A stretch of 64,000 nt of DNA, from NCBI GenBank assembly GCA_963744145.1, contig CAVUSO010000001.1, forward strand, positions 6,528,001-6,592,000. The letters are read 5' to 3'. Below the pieces are notes generated by a model, which saw only the letters and a list, made by a program, of their open reading frames with translations, was not told the origin of the DNA and did not search any database. Source of the stretch: an uncultured cyanobacterium (lineage in GTDB: Bacteria; Cyanobacteriota; Cyanobacteriia; Cyanobacteriales; CAWUOF01). The stretch's first letter is position 1. Every line of letters starts with the position of its first letter. The translations under genes were made by a program, and so were the position numbers. Shown here one piece after another: positions 1 to 11,219 of this stretch.

Positions 1-576
1 AGTGATCGACCCGGACTAATGACTAAACGAGAAGTGCGGATTTTGGCTCTAGGAGAATTAGCTTTAAGACCCGGTCAAACTGTCTGGGATGTGGGAGCAG
101 GTACAGGTACAGTTTCCATTGAAATTGCTCGTTTATTTCCTGATTCCCAAGTATATGCAGTGGAAAAAACTACCGCAGGAACATCTTTAATTGAGCAAAA
201 CTGTCAACGTTTTCTACTCAGAAATGTCATTTCCATCCACGGTACAGCACCAGATATTTTACATCATCTCCCTCAACCCAATCGCATTTTTATTGGTGGG
301 AGTGGGGGTAAATTGAGTTCAATTTTAGGAGTTTGTGCAGCTCATTTGCTTCCGGGAGGAGTCGTAGTTGTAGCTTTAGCTACTTTAGAACATCTCCAAA
401 TGGCACTAACCTGGTTAGCAGAACGGAAACATTACGAACCTGGGTGGGAACATCATCTGTTACAAGTGCAATTATCCCGCTCTATTCCTGTGGGAGAATT
501 GACGCGGTTTTCTCCTCTTAATCCTGTCACTATTTTTACTGCTTATCGACCGGATAAATTAAGTTTTAAATATTAA
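1..576 (+). CDS. cbiT: Precorrin-6Y methyltransferase CbiT domain (C-terminal part of CbiE/CbiT, 5' truncated by window)
   Basis: MTKREVR motif and SAM motif WDVGAGTG; frame open from base 1 (SDRPGLMTKRE). Confidence 0.9.
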   Translation, partial: SDRPGLMTKREVRILALGELALRPGQTVWDVGAGTGTVSIEIARLFPDSQVYAVEKTTAGTSLIEQNCQRFLLRNVISIHGTAPDILHHLPQPNRIFIGGSGGKLSSILGVCAAHLLPGGVVVVALATLEHLQMALTWLAERKHYEPGWEHHLLQVQLSRSIPVGELTRFSPLNPVTIFTAYRPDKLSFKY

Positions 577-1398
577 CCTCAATCCCATTAAAATTCCAGC
601 AGTAGTTAGTAAAAACCCCATCCCCATGATTCCAGCTAGAGGTTTTTTCCCCAAACCAGTAATCCATGCGGGTACTTGATCGGTATAAGTAATTAAATTA
701 ATGGTATCTAGACTAGCAATACCCCAAACCCAACCCGCGTGTAATCCCCAAGCTAAACCTAAACTACCCCCATCTACCCAACGAGCTAAAACTAATACCA
801 TCCCCATTAACCATAATCCTGGAAGTTGGGGAGTAGTTTCTTGCACTTCCCAAATTAAATGTAACAAAGCAAAAATTAAACTCGAAGCGATCGCAGCTAC
901 CCAGAGGGAATAATCTTGTTGAAGTTGATTTAAGAGAAAACCGCGAAAGATTAATTCTTCTGTAGCACTAATCCACAAGCTTAATAAAAAAGTCGGTAGT
1001 AATACGGATAATCCTATCTTTGGTGCTAAGGATTCTAAGATTTGCTGATTAAATTTTAGCCAACCTAACCCTAATTGGAGTGCAAATAAAATCCCTAATC
1101 CAAATACACCTAAACCCCAACCCCAACCGAGGGAAATTAAGAGTGAAAATTTCGGGCTGAAACCATAGTCAGAAATTGAAACACCCTCTAACTGACTAAC
1201 TCCCCAGACCATGAGCGGAGCGATCGCATATAATGAAGCAAGCAATGGTAATTTGCTGGCAATTTTGTAGTCAGGAGAGAGCCAATTAAGAGCGTTCCAA
1301 GTTAATAGTGCTAAAGGAATCCAGCAAGAGCCCCAGACTACAAAAAACGCGATCGCTTTCACTATTGCTGGGATTTCCAACCAATAAAATTCAAACAT
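559..1398 (-). CDS. CPBP (CAAX/Abi) intramembrane metalloprotease
   Basis: EELIFRG, FALLH and GLHAGW motifs; multi-TM. Confidence 0.9.
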   Translation of the reverse strand: MFEFYWLEIPAIVKAIAFFVVWGSCWIPLALLTWNALNWLSPDYKIASKLPLLASLYAIAPLMVWGVSQLEGVSISDYGFSPKFSLLISLGWGWGLGVFGLGILFALQLGLGWLKFNQQILESLAPKIGLSVLLPTFLLSLWISATEELIFRGFLLNQLQQDYSLWVAAIASSLIFALLHLIWEVQETTPQLPGLWLMGMVLVLARWVDGGSLGLAWGLHAGWVWGIASLDTINLITYTDQVPAWITGLGKKPLAGIMGMGFLLTTAGILMGLRLIFKT

Positions 1399-1545
1399 TC
1401 GGGCTACTTATTTACTAATTTTTTTCCAAAGGGGGTGAATTCCAAAGGGATTTTGGTTAATTGGCTATCAATTCATACTTGACAGACCACTAGATTGGTA
1501 TTGTAATCCTTTTTTATATTTTTGCAAAACTGAGATACTCCCGAT

Positions 1546-2268
1546 TTAATCAGTAGGTTGATTGACAGTTTCATCTAGGGCTTTTTTAGCAATTTTGGTC
1601 AAATAAATGGTCACGATCACTGTAGTAATTAAACCAAATCCGAGTTTAATCCATGTGAGGGTTTGTGGGGTGGGCTGATTTCCTATTCCTAAAGTTGCAA
1701 TGTTTCCAGCTAAATAACCAAAATATACATACATGATTGTACCTGGAATCATTCCAATCAAGCCGATGATATAGTCTGTTAAAGAGACTTGGGTAACACC
1801 AAAAGCATAATTTAAAAATGTAAACGGAAAAATTGGCGATAACCGGGTTAGGAAAACAATTTTTAAGCCAGATTGAGCAACAGCACTATCAATTGCGGCA
1901 AATTTAGGGTTATTTTCAATGAGCTGAAAAACCCAATCTCGGAATAGATAGCGACCAATGAGAAAAGCTAATATAGCTCCGCAACTAGCAGCAATAAATA
2001 CATAAATAGAACCCCACCAGATCCCAAATATAATTCCTGCTCCTAAGGTTAAAATTGAGCCGGGAACCATTAATACTGTTGCACAACTATAAATTAAGAT
2101 AAAGATCATTACTTGGAATGACCCCAAATTTTTTAGCCATTGCAAAAATGTTTGCGATAATTCAGGAATATTAAAACTGAAAAAAGATAATAAAGATATG
2201 GTAATTAATAATACCATCATTATTAGCTTAAATTTTGTCAAAAATTGCACTTTGGTTGGTTCATTCAT
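1546..2268 (-). CDS. TVP38/TMEM64 (DedA/SNARE-associated) membrane protein
   Basis: RLSPIFPF..LNYAFG motif. Confidence 0.9.
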   Translation of the reverse strand: MNEPTKVQFLTKFKLIMMVLLITISLLSFFSFNIPELSQTFLQWLKNLGSFQVMIFILIYSCATVLMVPGSILTLGAGIIFGIWWGSIYVFIAASCGAILAFLIGRYLFRDWVFQLIENNPKFAAIDSAVAQSGLKIVFLTRLSPIFPFTFLNYAFGVTQVSLTDYIIGLIGMIPGTIMYVYFGYLAGNIATLGIGNQPTPQTLTWIKLGFGLITTVIVTIYLTKIAKKALDETVNQPTD

Positions 2269-2350
2269 GATGATTTTACCTAAAATTTAAGATTTACACC
2301 CACATTTTCGGAGATAATTATTTCTAACCGCTACCTGAAATATCCAAATT

Positions 2351-4762
2351 ATGTCTCAGATTGCAGGATTATCTGAAAATGAAGTCCGGTTACGTCGGTC
2401 CCAGGGTCTAGGAAATAATACCCGTTCAGTCACCAGTCGCTCCTATATAGATATTCTTCGTCAAAATGTCTTTACCTTCATTAATAATGTTTTATTTGGG
2501 ATTGGATTAGCTTTAATTATACTCGAAAGACCCGGGGACGCATTTGTAAGTGTTGCTGTCGTACTACTAAATGTAGTAGTTGGGGTAATTCAAGAGACTC
2601 GGAGTAAACAAAAACTCGATCAGATTAATCTTCTCACTCGTCCTACTGTCACGGTAATGCGCGATCGGGACCAGGTAAAGCTCGATCCGGGGGAGTTGGT
2701 ACTTGGTGATCTGATCCAAGCTGATCCCGGAGATCAAATCATAGTGGATGGAATTATTGTTGATGAAGGAAGAATCCAGGTAGATGAGTCCCTCTTGACA
2801 GGAGAATCAGATTTGATTCTAAAACAAAATGGGGATCGGGTTTATTCTGGAAGCATTGTGATTAGTGGTAGTGCTTGGTACGAAGCTGAAAAAGTAGGAG
2901 CAGAAAGTTTTGCAAGCAAATTAACTGCTACTGCTAAAGCATATCGCAAGGTCATGACTCCAGTTCAACAAGAAATTAATCTGGTATTGCGGTTATTATT
3001 GATGTTAGTCAGCTATTTATGGACTTTATTGGCTCTCAGCTCAGTCATGCAAGATATTTCCATGGTAGAAAGTGTCCAAATGGCTGCGATTATTGGTGGT
3101 CTGATTCCCAATGGACTATTATTAATGCTCACCACAACCTATGCTCTTGGAGCTGTACGAATTGCCCAAACGGGAGCATTAGTTCAACAGATGAATGCAA
3201 TTGAATCTTTGAGTAATGTGGATGTTTTGTGTTTAGATAAAACCGGAACACTTACAGCTAATTGTCTGGTGCTGAATCAGGTTGATCCGATCGGGATTTC
3301 TGAAGCAGAGTTGCAGCAAAAATTAGGAATTTATACAGCTAGTACCAAAGCTGGTAATCGGACTAATGAAGCGATCGCGAATGCTTGTCCTGGAACAGCA
3401 TATCCCGTTACCCAAGAAATTCCTTTTTCTTCCGATCGGAAATGGAGTGCTTTAGCATTTGATTTACCTGAATTCCAAGGTATCTATGTACTAGGAGCTC
3501 CGGAAATGATGGAAGTTTATGTCAATTTAGATCCCGATTGGCAAATCCGCATTTCTGATTTAACTAAATGTGGTTTACGGGTGCTACTGTTTGCTTATTA
3601 TGATCAGGTTCAACCTCTTTATAATGATGATGGAAAACCCCAGTTACCTGCTAAATTAATTCCTTTAGGATTAGTTAGTATTAGTGATGAATTAAGACCA
3701 CAAGCAGCGGAAACCTTACATGGGTTTCGTCAATTAGGAATTGACATTAAAATTATCTCGGGTGATCATCCTGAAACTGTTGCTGCTTTAGCTAAACAAG
3801 CTGGTTTTGATCCAGATTTAACGGTAATTTCTGGACCAGAATTAGCGATAATGGCACCAGAAGAATTGGCGATCGCAGCTGATCAAACTACAATTTTTGG
3901 TCGAATTACTCCTGAGCAAAAAGAACAATTAGTGGGAGCTTTCCGCTCACGAGGTCACTATGTAGCTATGATTGGGGATGGAGTTAATGATGTAATGTCT
4001 CTCAAAAAAGCTAATTTAGGTATTGCGATGCAAAGTGGTAGTGCTGCTACTCGTAATGTTGCAGATATGGTTTTACTGAATGATTCTTTTGCTGCGTTGT
4101 TACCTGCAATCCAGGAAGGACAAAGAATTGTCAATGGGATTCAGGATATTTTGAAACTATTTCTGACTCGGATTCTTTATGTAACTATGTTAATTAATTC
4201 CACGGCTTTTGTCGGGGTAGGGTTTCCTTTTGCAGTTAAACAAAATTCCTTATTAGTGATGTTAACTGTCGGAATTCCTCCTTTAGCAATGGCAGCTTGG
4301 GCAAAACCAGGTAAATCACCAAGGGGTTTAATTCGTTCCGTGCTGCATTTTGTTTTACCTGCTGCATTTACTTTATTGATTGTGACAATGATAGTTTATG
4401 TTGGTTATTTAGTGAAAAGTGGGGAACAGGATGTCGCGCAAACTGCTGTAACTACGACAGCGATTTTGTGTGGATTATTATTAATTTGCTTTGTCGAACC
4501 TCCTACTAAAGCTTGGGTGGGTGGGGATTCTTTAAGTGGAGATTGGCGTCCCTCATTAGTAGCATTTATGATGTTAGTGGTATATGTGATCATTGTCGTA
4601 AATCCATCCCTGCGAAGTTTTTTTGAGTTAGTCTTGTTGGATCAAAAAGATTATTTACTCATTGCAGCGATCGCCGCATTGTGGGGATTTATGCTACGGT
4701 TTATTTGGCGTCAACGTCTGTTAGATCGTTTCTTGGACGTTGATCTTAGTGTTCATTATTAA
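2351..4762 (+). CDS. P-type cation-transporting ATPase (CtpE-like)
   Basis: TGES, DKTGTLT and GDGVND motifs. Confidence 0.93.
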   Translation: MSQIAGLSENEVRLRRSQGLGNNTRSVTSRSYIDILRQNVFTFINNVLFGIGLALIILERPGDAFVSVAVVLLNVVVGVIQETRSKQKLDQINLLTRPTVTVMRDRDQVKLDPGELVLGDLIQADPGDQIIVDGIIVDEGRIQVDESLLTGESDLILKQNGDRVYSGSIVISGSAWYEAEKVGAESFASKLTATAKAYRKVMTPVQQEINLVLRLLLMLVSYLWTLLALSSVMQDISMVESVQMAAIIGGLIPNGLLLMLTTTYALGAVRIAQTGALVQQMNAIESLSNVDVLCLDKTGTLTANCLVLNQVDPIGISEAELQQKLGIYTASTKAGNRTNEAIANACPGTAYPVTQEIPFSSDRKWSALAFDLPEFQGIYVLGAPEMMEVYVNLDPDWQIRISDLTKCGLRVLLFAYYDQVQPLYNDDGKPQLPAKLIPLGLVSISDELRPQAAETLHGFRQLGIDIKIISGDHPETVAALAKQAGFDPDLTVISGPELAIMAPEELAIAADQTTIFGRITPEQKEQLVGAFRSRGHYVAMIGDGVNDVMSLKKANLGIAMQSGSAATRNVADMVLLNDSFAALLPAIQEGQRIVNGIQDILKLFLTRILYVTMLINSTAFVGVGFPFAVKQNSLLVMLTVGIPPLAMAAWAKPGKSPRGLIRSVLHFVLPAAFTLLIVTMIVYVGYLVKSGEQDVAQTAVTTTAILCGLLLICFVEPPTKAWVGGDSLSGDWRPSLVAFMMLVVYVIIVVNPSLRSFFELVLLDQKDYLLIAAIAALWGFMLRFIWRQRLLDRFLDVDLSVHY

Positions 4763-4808
4763 TCCTTAATGTTAATCATAATATTATGATCATTTAGTAT
4801 TTAGTAGC

Positions 4809-6155
4809 ATGACTCAAATTTCCCTGACTCAAACTCACCATAGTGTTAATCTGATCGCCCTCGCCAAGGGTAGTTTAATAGTTTTAGGATTGCGACTTGC
4901 TGGAATAGGTTTAATGTATCTCCTCCAAATATTTCTAGCTCGGTGGATGGGTACAGCCGAATATGGAATCTATCAATATGTAATGACTTGGTCTCTGTTG
5001 TTAGCCGTACCCACTACTCTGGGTTTACCTAGGGCTGTTGTTCGTTTGATTAATGAATATCGTGAGCAAAAAAAATGGGGATTACTGCGAGGAATCATTC
5101 TTGGTAGTTGGCAATTAACCATTGGTACGGGTTTACTTCTGGGGTTGTTGGGTACAGGAGTAATCTTTCTGATTAACCACTATCATCAATTTTCCCTTGC
5201 TCCTGTTTTATTGATTGGGATTTGGTTGGTTCCCTTACAAAGTTTACTGTTGCTGCAAGAAGACATGGGTAGAGGTACAGAAAACCTGGTTCTTGGTTAT
5301 GCCCCCACGAAAGTTATTTGGCCAATTATCGCTATTTTAGGAGCATTTCTCCTCTGGGAAGATGATCATCTACTCAATAGCATACCTATGACCTGGATGG
5401 CTTTCGGGACTCTAGGGGGAGTATTGGCGATCCAAGGAGGTTGGATGTGGTTCAAATTTAATCGAGAAATCGAACCCACACCCCCGGTTTATATCCCTTA
5501 TGATTGGCTAAAAATTTCTCTTCCCCTCTTGCTTGATCGGACATTTCGAGCAATTATCCTCCAAACAGATACTTTAATGTTAGGATTATTGATCGGAACT
5601 GATGCGGTGGCAATTTATAGTCCAGCCTCAACCACAGCCCTTTGGGTAAGTTTTGTTGTAGAATCGATTGGAGCGGTTGTCAGTCGGACATTTAGTATTC
5701 TGAATGTCAGAAATGATCGAGATTCACTGCAAAAAGTCCTTTCTGCTGTCACTATTTGGATTTTCTGGTCATCGACGGCGATCGCTACATTTTTATTCAT
5801 TTTTGCCAAACCCATTTTAGGCATATTTGGTTCAGAATTTGCCGAAGCTCATTGGATATTAAGAATTCTCATTATTGGGCAATTAGTTAATTCTTTATCT
5901 GGATCGGTCGGCAATTTGATGGCTATGACGGGTTATCAAAATAAATTAATGTTAGTTTCTTCTGTTACTGCTTTAATGAACCTGACTTTAAATATGATCA
6001 CAATTCCTCTGTGGGGACCTGTGGGAGCTGCTTTCACTACCGCTCTTACTCTGAGTATTTGGAATATTTGGCTAGTAGTGATTGTCATCCGGAATATAGG
6101 AGTAAATCCTACGATTTTCTCCTATTTTTTCCCTTTGCCAAAACCACAGTCCTAA
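4809..6155 (+). CDS. Wzx-like oligosaccharide flippase
   Basis: LAR.MG..EYG N-terminus, about 12 TM segments, IP.WG..GAA C-terminus. Confidence 0.85.
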   Translation: MTQISLTQTHHSVNLIALAKGSLIVLGLRLAGIGLMYLLQIFLARWMGTAEYGIYQYVMTWSLLLAVPTTLGLPRAVVRLINEYREQKKWGLLRGIILGSWQLTIGTGLLLGLLGTGVIFLINHYHQFSLAPVLLIGIWLVPLQSLLLLQEDMGRGTENLVLGYAPTKVIWPIIAILGAFLLWEDDHLLNSIPMTWMAFGTLGGVLAIQGGWMWFKFNREIEPTPPVYIPYDWLKISLPLLLDRTFRAIILQTDTLMLGLLIGTDAVAIYSPASTTALWVSFVVESIGAVVSRTFSILNVRNDRDSLQKVLSAVTIWIFWSSTAIATFLFIFAKPILGIFGSEFAEAHWILRILIIGQLVNSLSGSVGNLMAMTGYQNKLMLVSSVTALMNLTLNMITIPLWGPVGAAFTTALTLSIWNIWLVVIVIRNIGVNPTIFSYFFPLPKPQS

Positions 6156-6175
6156 AGGTAACCTATATATTTTAA

Positions 6176-6829
6176 TTATTGCATAACGGTTTCAGGTGGG
6201 AAACAAACTTTTGTACCTCCTAAACCACAATAACCATTAGGGTTTTTAGCCAGATACTGTTGATGATACTCTTCCGCATAATAAAACACTGGAGCATCAA
6301 TAATCTCAGTGGTGATCTGACTATAACCTGATTTATTCAAAGCTTGCTGATAAGTATCACGGGAAAGTTCAGCTAATTTTTTCTGAACGTCAGAGTAGAC
6401 ATAAATTCCGGAGCGATACTGGGTTCCCACATCATTACCTTGTTTCATTCCTTGGGTAGGATTGTGACTTTCCCAAAATACTTTTAGCAGAGTTTCATAA
6501 CTAATCAATTTTGGCTCAAACACAACCAGCACTACTTCGTTATGACCAGTCATCCCCGTACAAACTTCTTGATAACTAGGGTTAGGTGTAATTCCAGCAG
6601 CATAACCAACTGCGGTACTAAATACTCCTTCTTGTTGCCAAAATTTTCGTTCTGCTCCCCAAAAACATCCCATCCCAAACATGGCAATTTCCATTCCCTC
6701 TGGATAAGGAGGTTTCAATGGATTACCATTCACAAAGTGTTTGTCGGGTACTGATATTGGTTCTGCTCTTCCTGGGAGAGCATTTTCGACGGTGGGTAAG
6801 GTGAGTTTTTTGCCAAGTCCAAATATCAT
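6176..6829 (-). CDS. msrA: Peptide-methionine (S)-S-oxide reductase
   Basis: GCFWG and YAEEYHQQY motifs. Confidence 0.97.
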   Translation of the reverse strand: MIFGLGKKLTLPTVENALPGRAEPISVPDKHFVNGNPLKPPYPEGMEIAMFGMGCFWGAERKFWQQEGVFSTAVGYAAGITPNPSYQEVCTGMTGHNEVVLVVFEPKLISYETLLKVFWESHNPTQGMKQGNDVGTQYRSGIYVYSDVQKKLAELSRDTYQQALNKSGYSQITTEIIDAPVFYYAEEYHQQYLAKNPNGYCGLGGTKVCFPPETVMQ

Positions 6830-6891
6830 GTTTAATTTCCTCTGTTGTTTCTATTCTTAATCGATCTTATTTTAGTCTTTTTTCAGCCAAT

Positions 6892-7743
6892 TTACCCCTT
6901 CACCCCACTACCTGGATCTGTCGGTACAATATAATGCTGTAACACTAAAAATACCAGCAATACTGGTACAATGGAGATAGTTGAACCAGCGGCAATTAAA
7001 CGCCAATCTAGGGAAAATGTACCTGCTAAAGTTGCTACTCCTAATGGTAACGTATAATATTCAGGCTGATCTAACACAATTAAGGGCCAAAGAAAGTCAC
7101 TCCAAGAATCAATAAAAACAAATATTGCTAACGTTACTAGAGCTGGACGAATTGATGGTAACATAATATGCCACCAAATTCCCCAATCGGAACATCCATC
7201 AATTCTAGCAGCTTCTTCCATTTCTTTTGGCACTCCTTGAAATGCTTGTCTGAGTAAAAAAATCCCAAATGCGGATGCTAGGGATGGAAAAATAATCCCT
7301 AGATAACTATTTCTTAATCCCAATTGTACCGTTAATATATATAGGGGAATCATGACAATTTGAAAGGGAATCATAATGGTGGAAACAATCCCAGCAAAAA
7401 TTAGATCCCTTCCTTGAAAATTTAACCGGGCTAAAGGATAAGCTGCTAAAGCACAAAATAGCAAATTTAAGCATACCGTTAAAACAGCTACTAAGGTACT
7501 GTTAAATAAATATTGGTAAAAAGGATTAGTTTGCCAAACTGTAACGAAGTTCTGAAAAGTTGGTTGACTTGGTAATAGGTGGGGGGGAAATTCAAACAGG
7601 TTTTCCGTGGAAGATTTTAGAGCTGTGCTGATTAACCAAATCAGCGGGATGAGCATGAGAATTGCGATCGCACTTAGTAACCCATACATTCCGAATTTTT
7701 GCCACTGATCATTATACTTAGATGAGCGTTTAGGCTTTTTCAT
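6892..7743 (-). CDS. Carbohydrate ABC transporter permease
   Basis: EAA loop EEAARIDG. Confidence 0.92.
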   Translation of the reverse strand: MKKPKRSSKYNDQWQKFGMYGLLSAIAILMLIPLIWLISTALKSSTENLFEFPPHLLPSQPTFQNFVTVWQTNPFYQYLFNSTLVAVLTVCLNLLFCALAAYPLARLNFQGRDLIFAGIVSTIMIPFQIVMIPLYILTVQLGLRNSYLGIIFPSLASAFGIFLLRQAFQGVPKEMEEAARIDGCSDWGIWWHIMLPSIRPALVTLAIFVFIDSWSDFLWPLIVLDQPEYYTLPLGVATLAGTFSLDWRLIAAGSTISIVPVLLVFLVLQHYIVPTDPGSGVKG

Positions 7744-7751
7744 ACTCTTAA

Positions 7752-8966
7752 TTAAAATACTTGGTTTTGTAATAAAATGCTGTAATCTTCACGCTGACGA
7801 ATTAACTGCTCCCGGTTATTTTCTATTAATATTTCCGCTGGACGACACCGATGGAGAAAATGGGAAGACATCGCATAACCATAAGCTCCCACATCTAATA
7901 TTACCAGAATATCTCCTGTTTGTAAAATCGGCAATTGACAATTTTTGCCCAGATAGTCCCGGGAATAGGTGGTATTCCCACAAATATCGGTGGTATATAA
8001 AGAATCACTAGCTCTCAAGGAAATAATTTCTCGCTCACCTCCATGTACAGCTAAAACTGCTAAATTAGCAATAGTGGTATCGACCCCAACAATTTGTTTA
8101 TCATTTTGCCATTTAACGGATACAACTCGGGTTAATAAAATTCCACACTTTGCGATCGCAGCTCTTCCGGGTTCAATAATTAAATCAATATCTTTTCCTA
8201 TTTTTTGTAAATGTTGGGTTAATTCTGCTCCAAATATATTCCAATCAAACCTTACACCATCGGGACGATAGGGATACCCAAACCCACCACCAAAATCGAG
8301 ATATTCCCAATCCGGTAATTGTTGAGCGATTGACAAGATCTGACTAATTACTCCTGTAAAAGCTGGAGTAGCATTTGTACCAGTACCACGATAAAAATGC
8401 AAACCATTCACCTTTAATCCGATTGATGCAGCGATCGCACCAGCGGCTGAAAATTCATCAGGACGTACTCCAATTCGACTATCTCCAGTTAATTCTGGTA
8501 AATTTAATCGCAATCCTAACCGGATCTTTTTTTCAGGAAAAGCATTGAGAAATACATCAGCAAATAATTCTAATTGCGACTGACTATCTAAATTTAAAGT
8601 AGTCACTCCCCATGCTAAAACTTGGTGCAAGTCAGTGCGATTCAAATTACTACCACTATAGACAATGCGATCGGGTGGAAAACCTGCTTGTAGTGCTAAA
8701 TAAATATCTCCAGGTGTATTAGCATGAATCCCCCATCCTGACTGATGAAAAATTTTCAATAAGGAGACATTTCCATTAGTGACACTAGCAAAATGAAAAG
8801 CGGTTTTGGGATAAGGGATAGATTGAGAAATCTGCTGAATTGTGTGACGGAGAATTTCTCCTTGATAAACATACAAAGGTGAATTATAGGTATTCAGCAA
8901 CTTTTGAGCAACTTCTAGACTAATGGGAAATGCTAATTTTTGCGGTAATTTTTGAGTTATATTCAC
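7752..8966 (-). CDS. Diaminopimelate decarboxylase-like (group IV PLP fold) protein with atypical active site
   Basis: SPLYVY, DFGGGFG, EPGR and GAYG motifs present; Schiff-base Lys position appears to be Val. Confidence 0.8.
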   Translation of the reverse strand: MNITQKLPQKLAFPISLEVAQKLLNTYNSPLYVYQGEILRHTIQQISQSIPYPKTAFHFASVTNGNVSLLKIFHQSGWGIHANTPGDIYLALQAGFPPDRIVYSGSNLNRTDLHQVLAWGVTTLNLDSQSQLELFADVFLNAFPEKKIRLGLRLNLPELTGDSRIGVRPDEFSAAGAIAASIGLKVNGLHFYRGTGTNATPAFTGVISQILSIAQQLPDWEYLDFGGGFGYPYRPDGVRFDWNIFGAELTQHLQKIGKDIDLIIEPGRAAIAKCGILLTRVVSVKWQNDKQIVGVDTTIANLAVLAVHGGEREIISLRASDSLYTTDICGNTTYSRDYLGKNCQLPILQTGDILVILDVGAYGYAMSSHFLHRCRPAEILIENNREQLIRQREDYSILLQNQVF

Positions 8967-9039
8967 AGGTTTATTCCTAACTTGCCAAAATTATTCTAAC
9001 CCAAACTACTGGAATTATAGATCAATTCAGTGCAGGATA

Positions 9040-9181
9040 ATACCAATTTTTGATGTGATGAGGCTACATAGAATTGATCCCCCCAACCTCCTTAAAAAGG
9101 GGGAGCATGAATTCAAATTCCCCCTTAAAAAGGGGGATTTAGGGGGATATAAATTTGTGCAGTTTCACATTGAATTGGTAT
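9040..9181. mobile_element. MITE-like repeat of about 142 bp
   Basis: Terminal IR ATACCAATT...AATTGGTAT; internal CCCCCTTAAAAAGGGGG palindromes; right half recurs at about 12031-12088. Confidence 0.75.
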
Positions 9182-9198
9182 AAATTCTAATTTATCTC

Positions 9199-10071
9199 TT
9201 AATTTTTCTGGTCTTCAATTCGATCTAAAAATTCACTCAAAACTTGTAAAAATCGCTCTGTTTCCTCTAGATGAACCATGTGTGAACTATTTTCAAAAAG
9301 TACCCATTCAGAGCCGCAAATACCTTGGTTAACTATTTCGACACAAGCAGGAGTAACCTCATCGTAGTGACCTGAAATTAGCAGGGTCGGTGTGACAATT
9401 TCTGCGAGACGATTTGACCTATTCCAGTCGATAATTTTGCCCACACCACGAAACACTGTACCAACTTTACTATAAGCTCTAGTTAAGCATTCCGGCCAAG
9501 GATCTAATCGACAAAGAAAGGAATAATTAAATAATTCCATAGCTTGTTTATATTCAGGTGATTCGGTAGTATGATTAGTTTCATGGTGATGGATAATCTG
9601 TTGTATTTCTTTTGGTAAATCATTCATCAACCTATATGCTTCACTGACAAATTGTTGAATATTTGCTGGTGTACTAGCTAAGATGAGACTAACTAACCCA
9701 TTAGCTCGATCAAGAGCGTGTTCGAGTGCTAAACAGCCCCCCCATGATTGTCCAAAAAGATGTATTTGCTCTAAATTTAGGGCTTGACGAATAGTGACAA
9801 GTTCCTCTTTAAATAGATCAATGGAATAAAAATCAGGATCTTGGGGGCGATCGCTATTCCCACAACCTAATTGATCATAAAATATGACAGATCGTCCCGT
9901 TTTGGCGATCGCTGCTAGTGGTTCTAAGTAGTCATGGGGTACTCCTGGACCACCATGAAGACATAGCAGTGGGAATTTGCCCAATTCTTCCGGTTCGGGT
10001 TTAATTTGACGATACCAAACTTGATGACCACGGAATGGGATAAAACCTTCACTAGCAGATGTTTTTGTCAT
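9199..10071 (-). CDS. Proline iminopeptidase-family alpha/beta hydrolase
   Basis: HGGPG, YDQLGCG and GQSWGG motifs. Confidence 0.92.
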   Translation of the reverse strand: MTKTSASEGFIPFRGHQVWYRQIKPEPEELGKFPLLCLHGGPGVPHDYLEPLAAIAKTGRSVIFYDQLGCGNSDRPQDPDFYSIDLFKEELVTIRQALNLEQIHLFGQSWGGCLALEHALDRANGLVSLILASTPANIQQFVSEAYRLMNDLPKEIQQIIHHHETNHTTESPEYKQAMELFNYSFLCRLDPWPECLTRAYSKVGTVFRGVGKIIDWNRSNRLAEIVTPTLLISGHYDEVTPACVEIVNQGICGSEWVLFENSSHMVHLEETERFLQVLSEFLDRIEDQKN

Positions 10072-10160
10072 ACAGGATCAGTTTTTTTCAATGCCAAGTA
10101 AGTATAATAGGACTAGGCCATCAGTGATTGTAGCATTATGGGAGAGAAAATATCCGATCG

Positions 10161-10178
10161 CATCTGATTAATCAGATG
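10161..10178. promoter_or_regulatory. Perfect 18-bp palindrome, possible operator between divergent genes
   Basis: CATCTGATTAATCAGATG; copied at 11141-11158 by the duplication. Confidence 0.3.
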
Positions 10179-10239
10179 TAAGCTGAAGGGGATGAGCTGG
10201 GACGATTACCATAAACTAATAAATCCAATAATCTTAACT

Positions 10240-10941
10240 ATGACAATTGCTAAAGAAATAGAATCTTCCCAAAATCCCTGCCCAAATGTTATCTTTCCCC
10301 CAGGTGATTTATATAGCGACGAGCCTCCCTTGGAAAGCGAACTACATCTGCGACAAATAATTCTCCTGTTACAATGCCTAGAATGGTTATGGCAAGACCG
10401 AACTGATTTTTATGCCGCAGGAAACCTGACTATTTACTATAGTCGCTACCAACGCAAAAGCGAGGATAGCCGAGGACCAGATTTTTTTGTGGTATTGGAT
10501 ACGGAACGGAAAATCCGGAAAAGTTGGGTATTATGGGAAGAAGAGGGCAAATATCCCAACTTCATCGTCGAAATTCTGTCGGAATCAACAGCTCGGAAGG
10601 ACAAGAAAGAAAAGAAAAAAATTTATCAAAATGTATTTCGGACACCAGATTATTTTTGGTTTGACCCTTACACCTTAGAATTTGCTGGGTTTCATTTACT
10701 TGATAATAAATATGAACCTCTAGAACCAAATCCAGCAGGACATCTATGGAGTCAGCAATTAGGTTTATATTTAGGAATTCATCAAAGACAATTAAGATTT
10801 TTTACCGACCTGGGAAAATTAGTCCCGACACCAGCAGAAATTGCCGAACAGGAAACTCAACGGGCCGAACAGGAAACTCAACGGGCCGATCGTTTAGCAG
10901 CTAAACTACGACAATTAAATATCGATCCAGATCAGATTTGA
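10240..10941 (+). CDS. Uma2-family PD-(D/E)XK endonuclease, copy 1
   Basis: SDEPPLES, GPDFFVV and VEILS motifs; start set by alignment with copies 2 and 3. Confidence 0.9.
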   Translation: MTIAKEIESSQNPCPNVIFPPGDLYSDEPPLESELHLRQIILLLQCLEWLWQDRTDFYAAGNLTIYYSRYQRKSEDSRGPDFFVVLDTERKIRKSWVLWEEEGKYPNFIVEILSESTARKDKKEKKKIYQNVFRTPDYFWFDPYTLEFAGFHLLDNKYEPLEPNPAGHLWSQQLGLYLGIHQRQLRFFTDLGKLVPTPAEIAEQETQRAEQETQRADRLAAKLRQLNIDPDQI

Positions 10942-11219
10942 GCAAAAGTTCCTTTTCTGCTTACCAATTTAAACCTATTAAAATATGAGAAGGAAAAAAG
11001 TGCTTCGGAAAGAGCTTTGGTGATCAGTTTCACTAGCAGATGTTTTTGTCATACAGGATTAGTTTTTTCAATACCAAGTAAGTATAATAGGACTAGGCCA
11101 TCAGTGATTGTAGCATCATGGGATAGAAAATGTCCGATCGCATCTGATTAATCAGATGTAAGCTGAAGGGAATTAGCTGGGACGATTACCATAAACTAAT
11201 AAATACAATAATCTTAACT

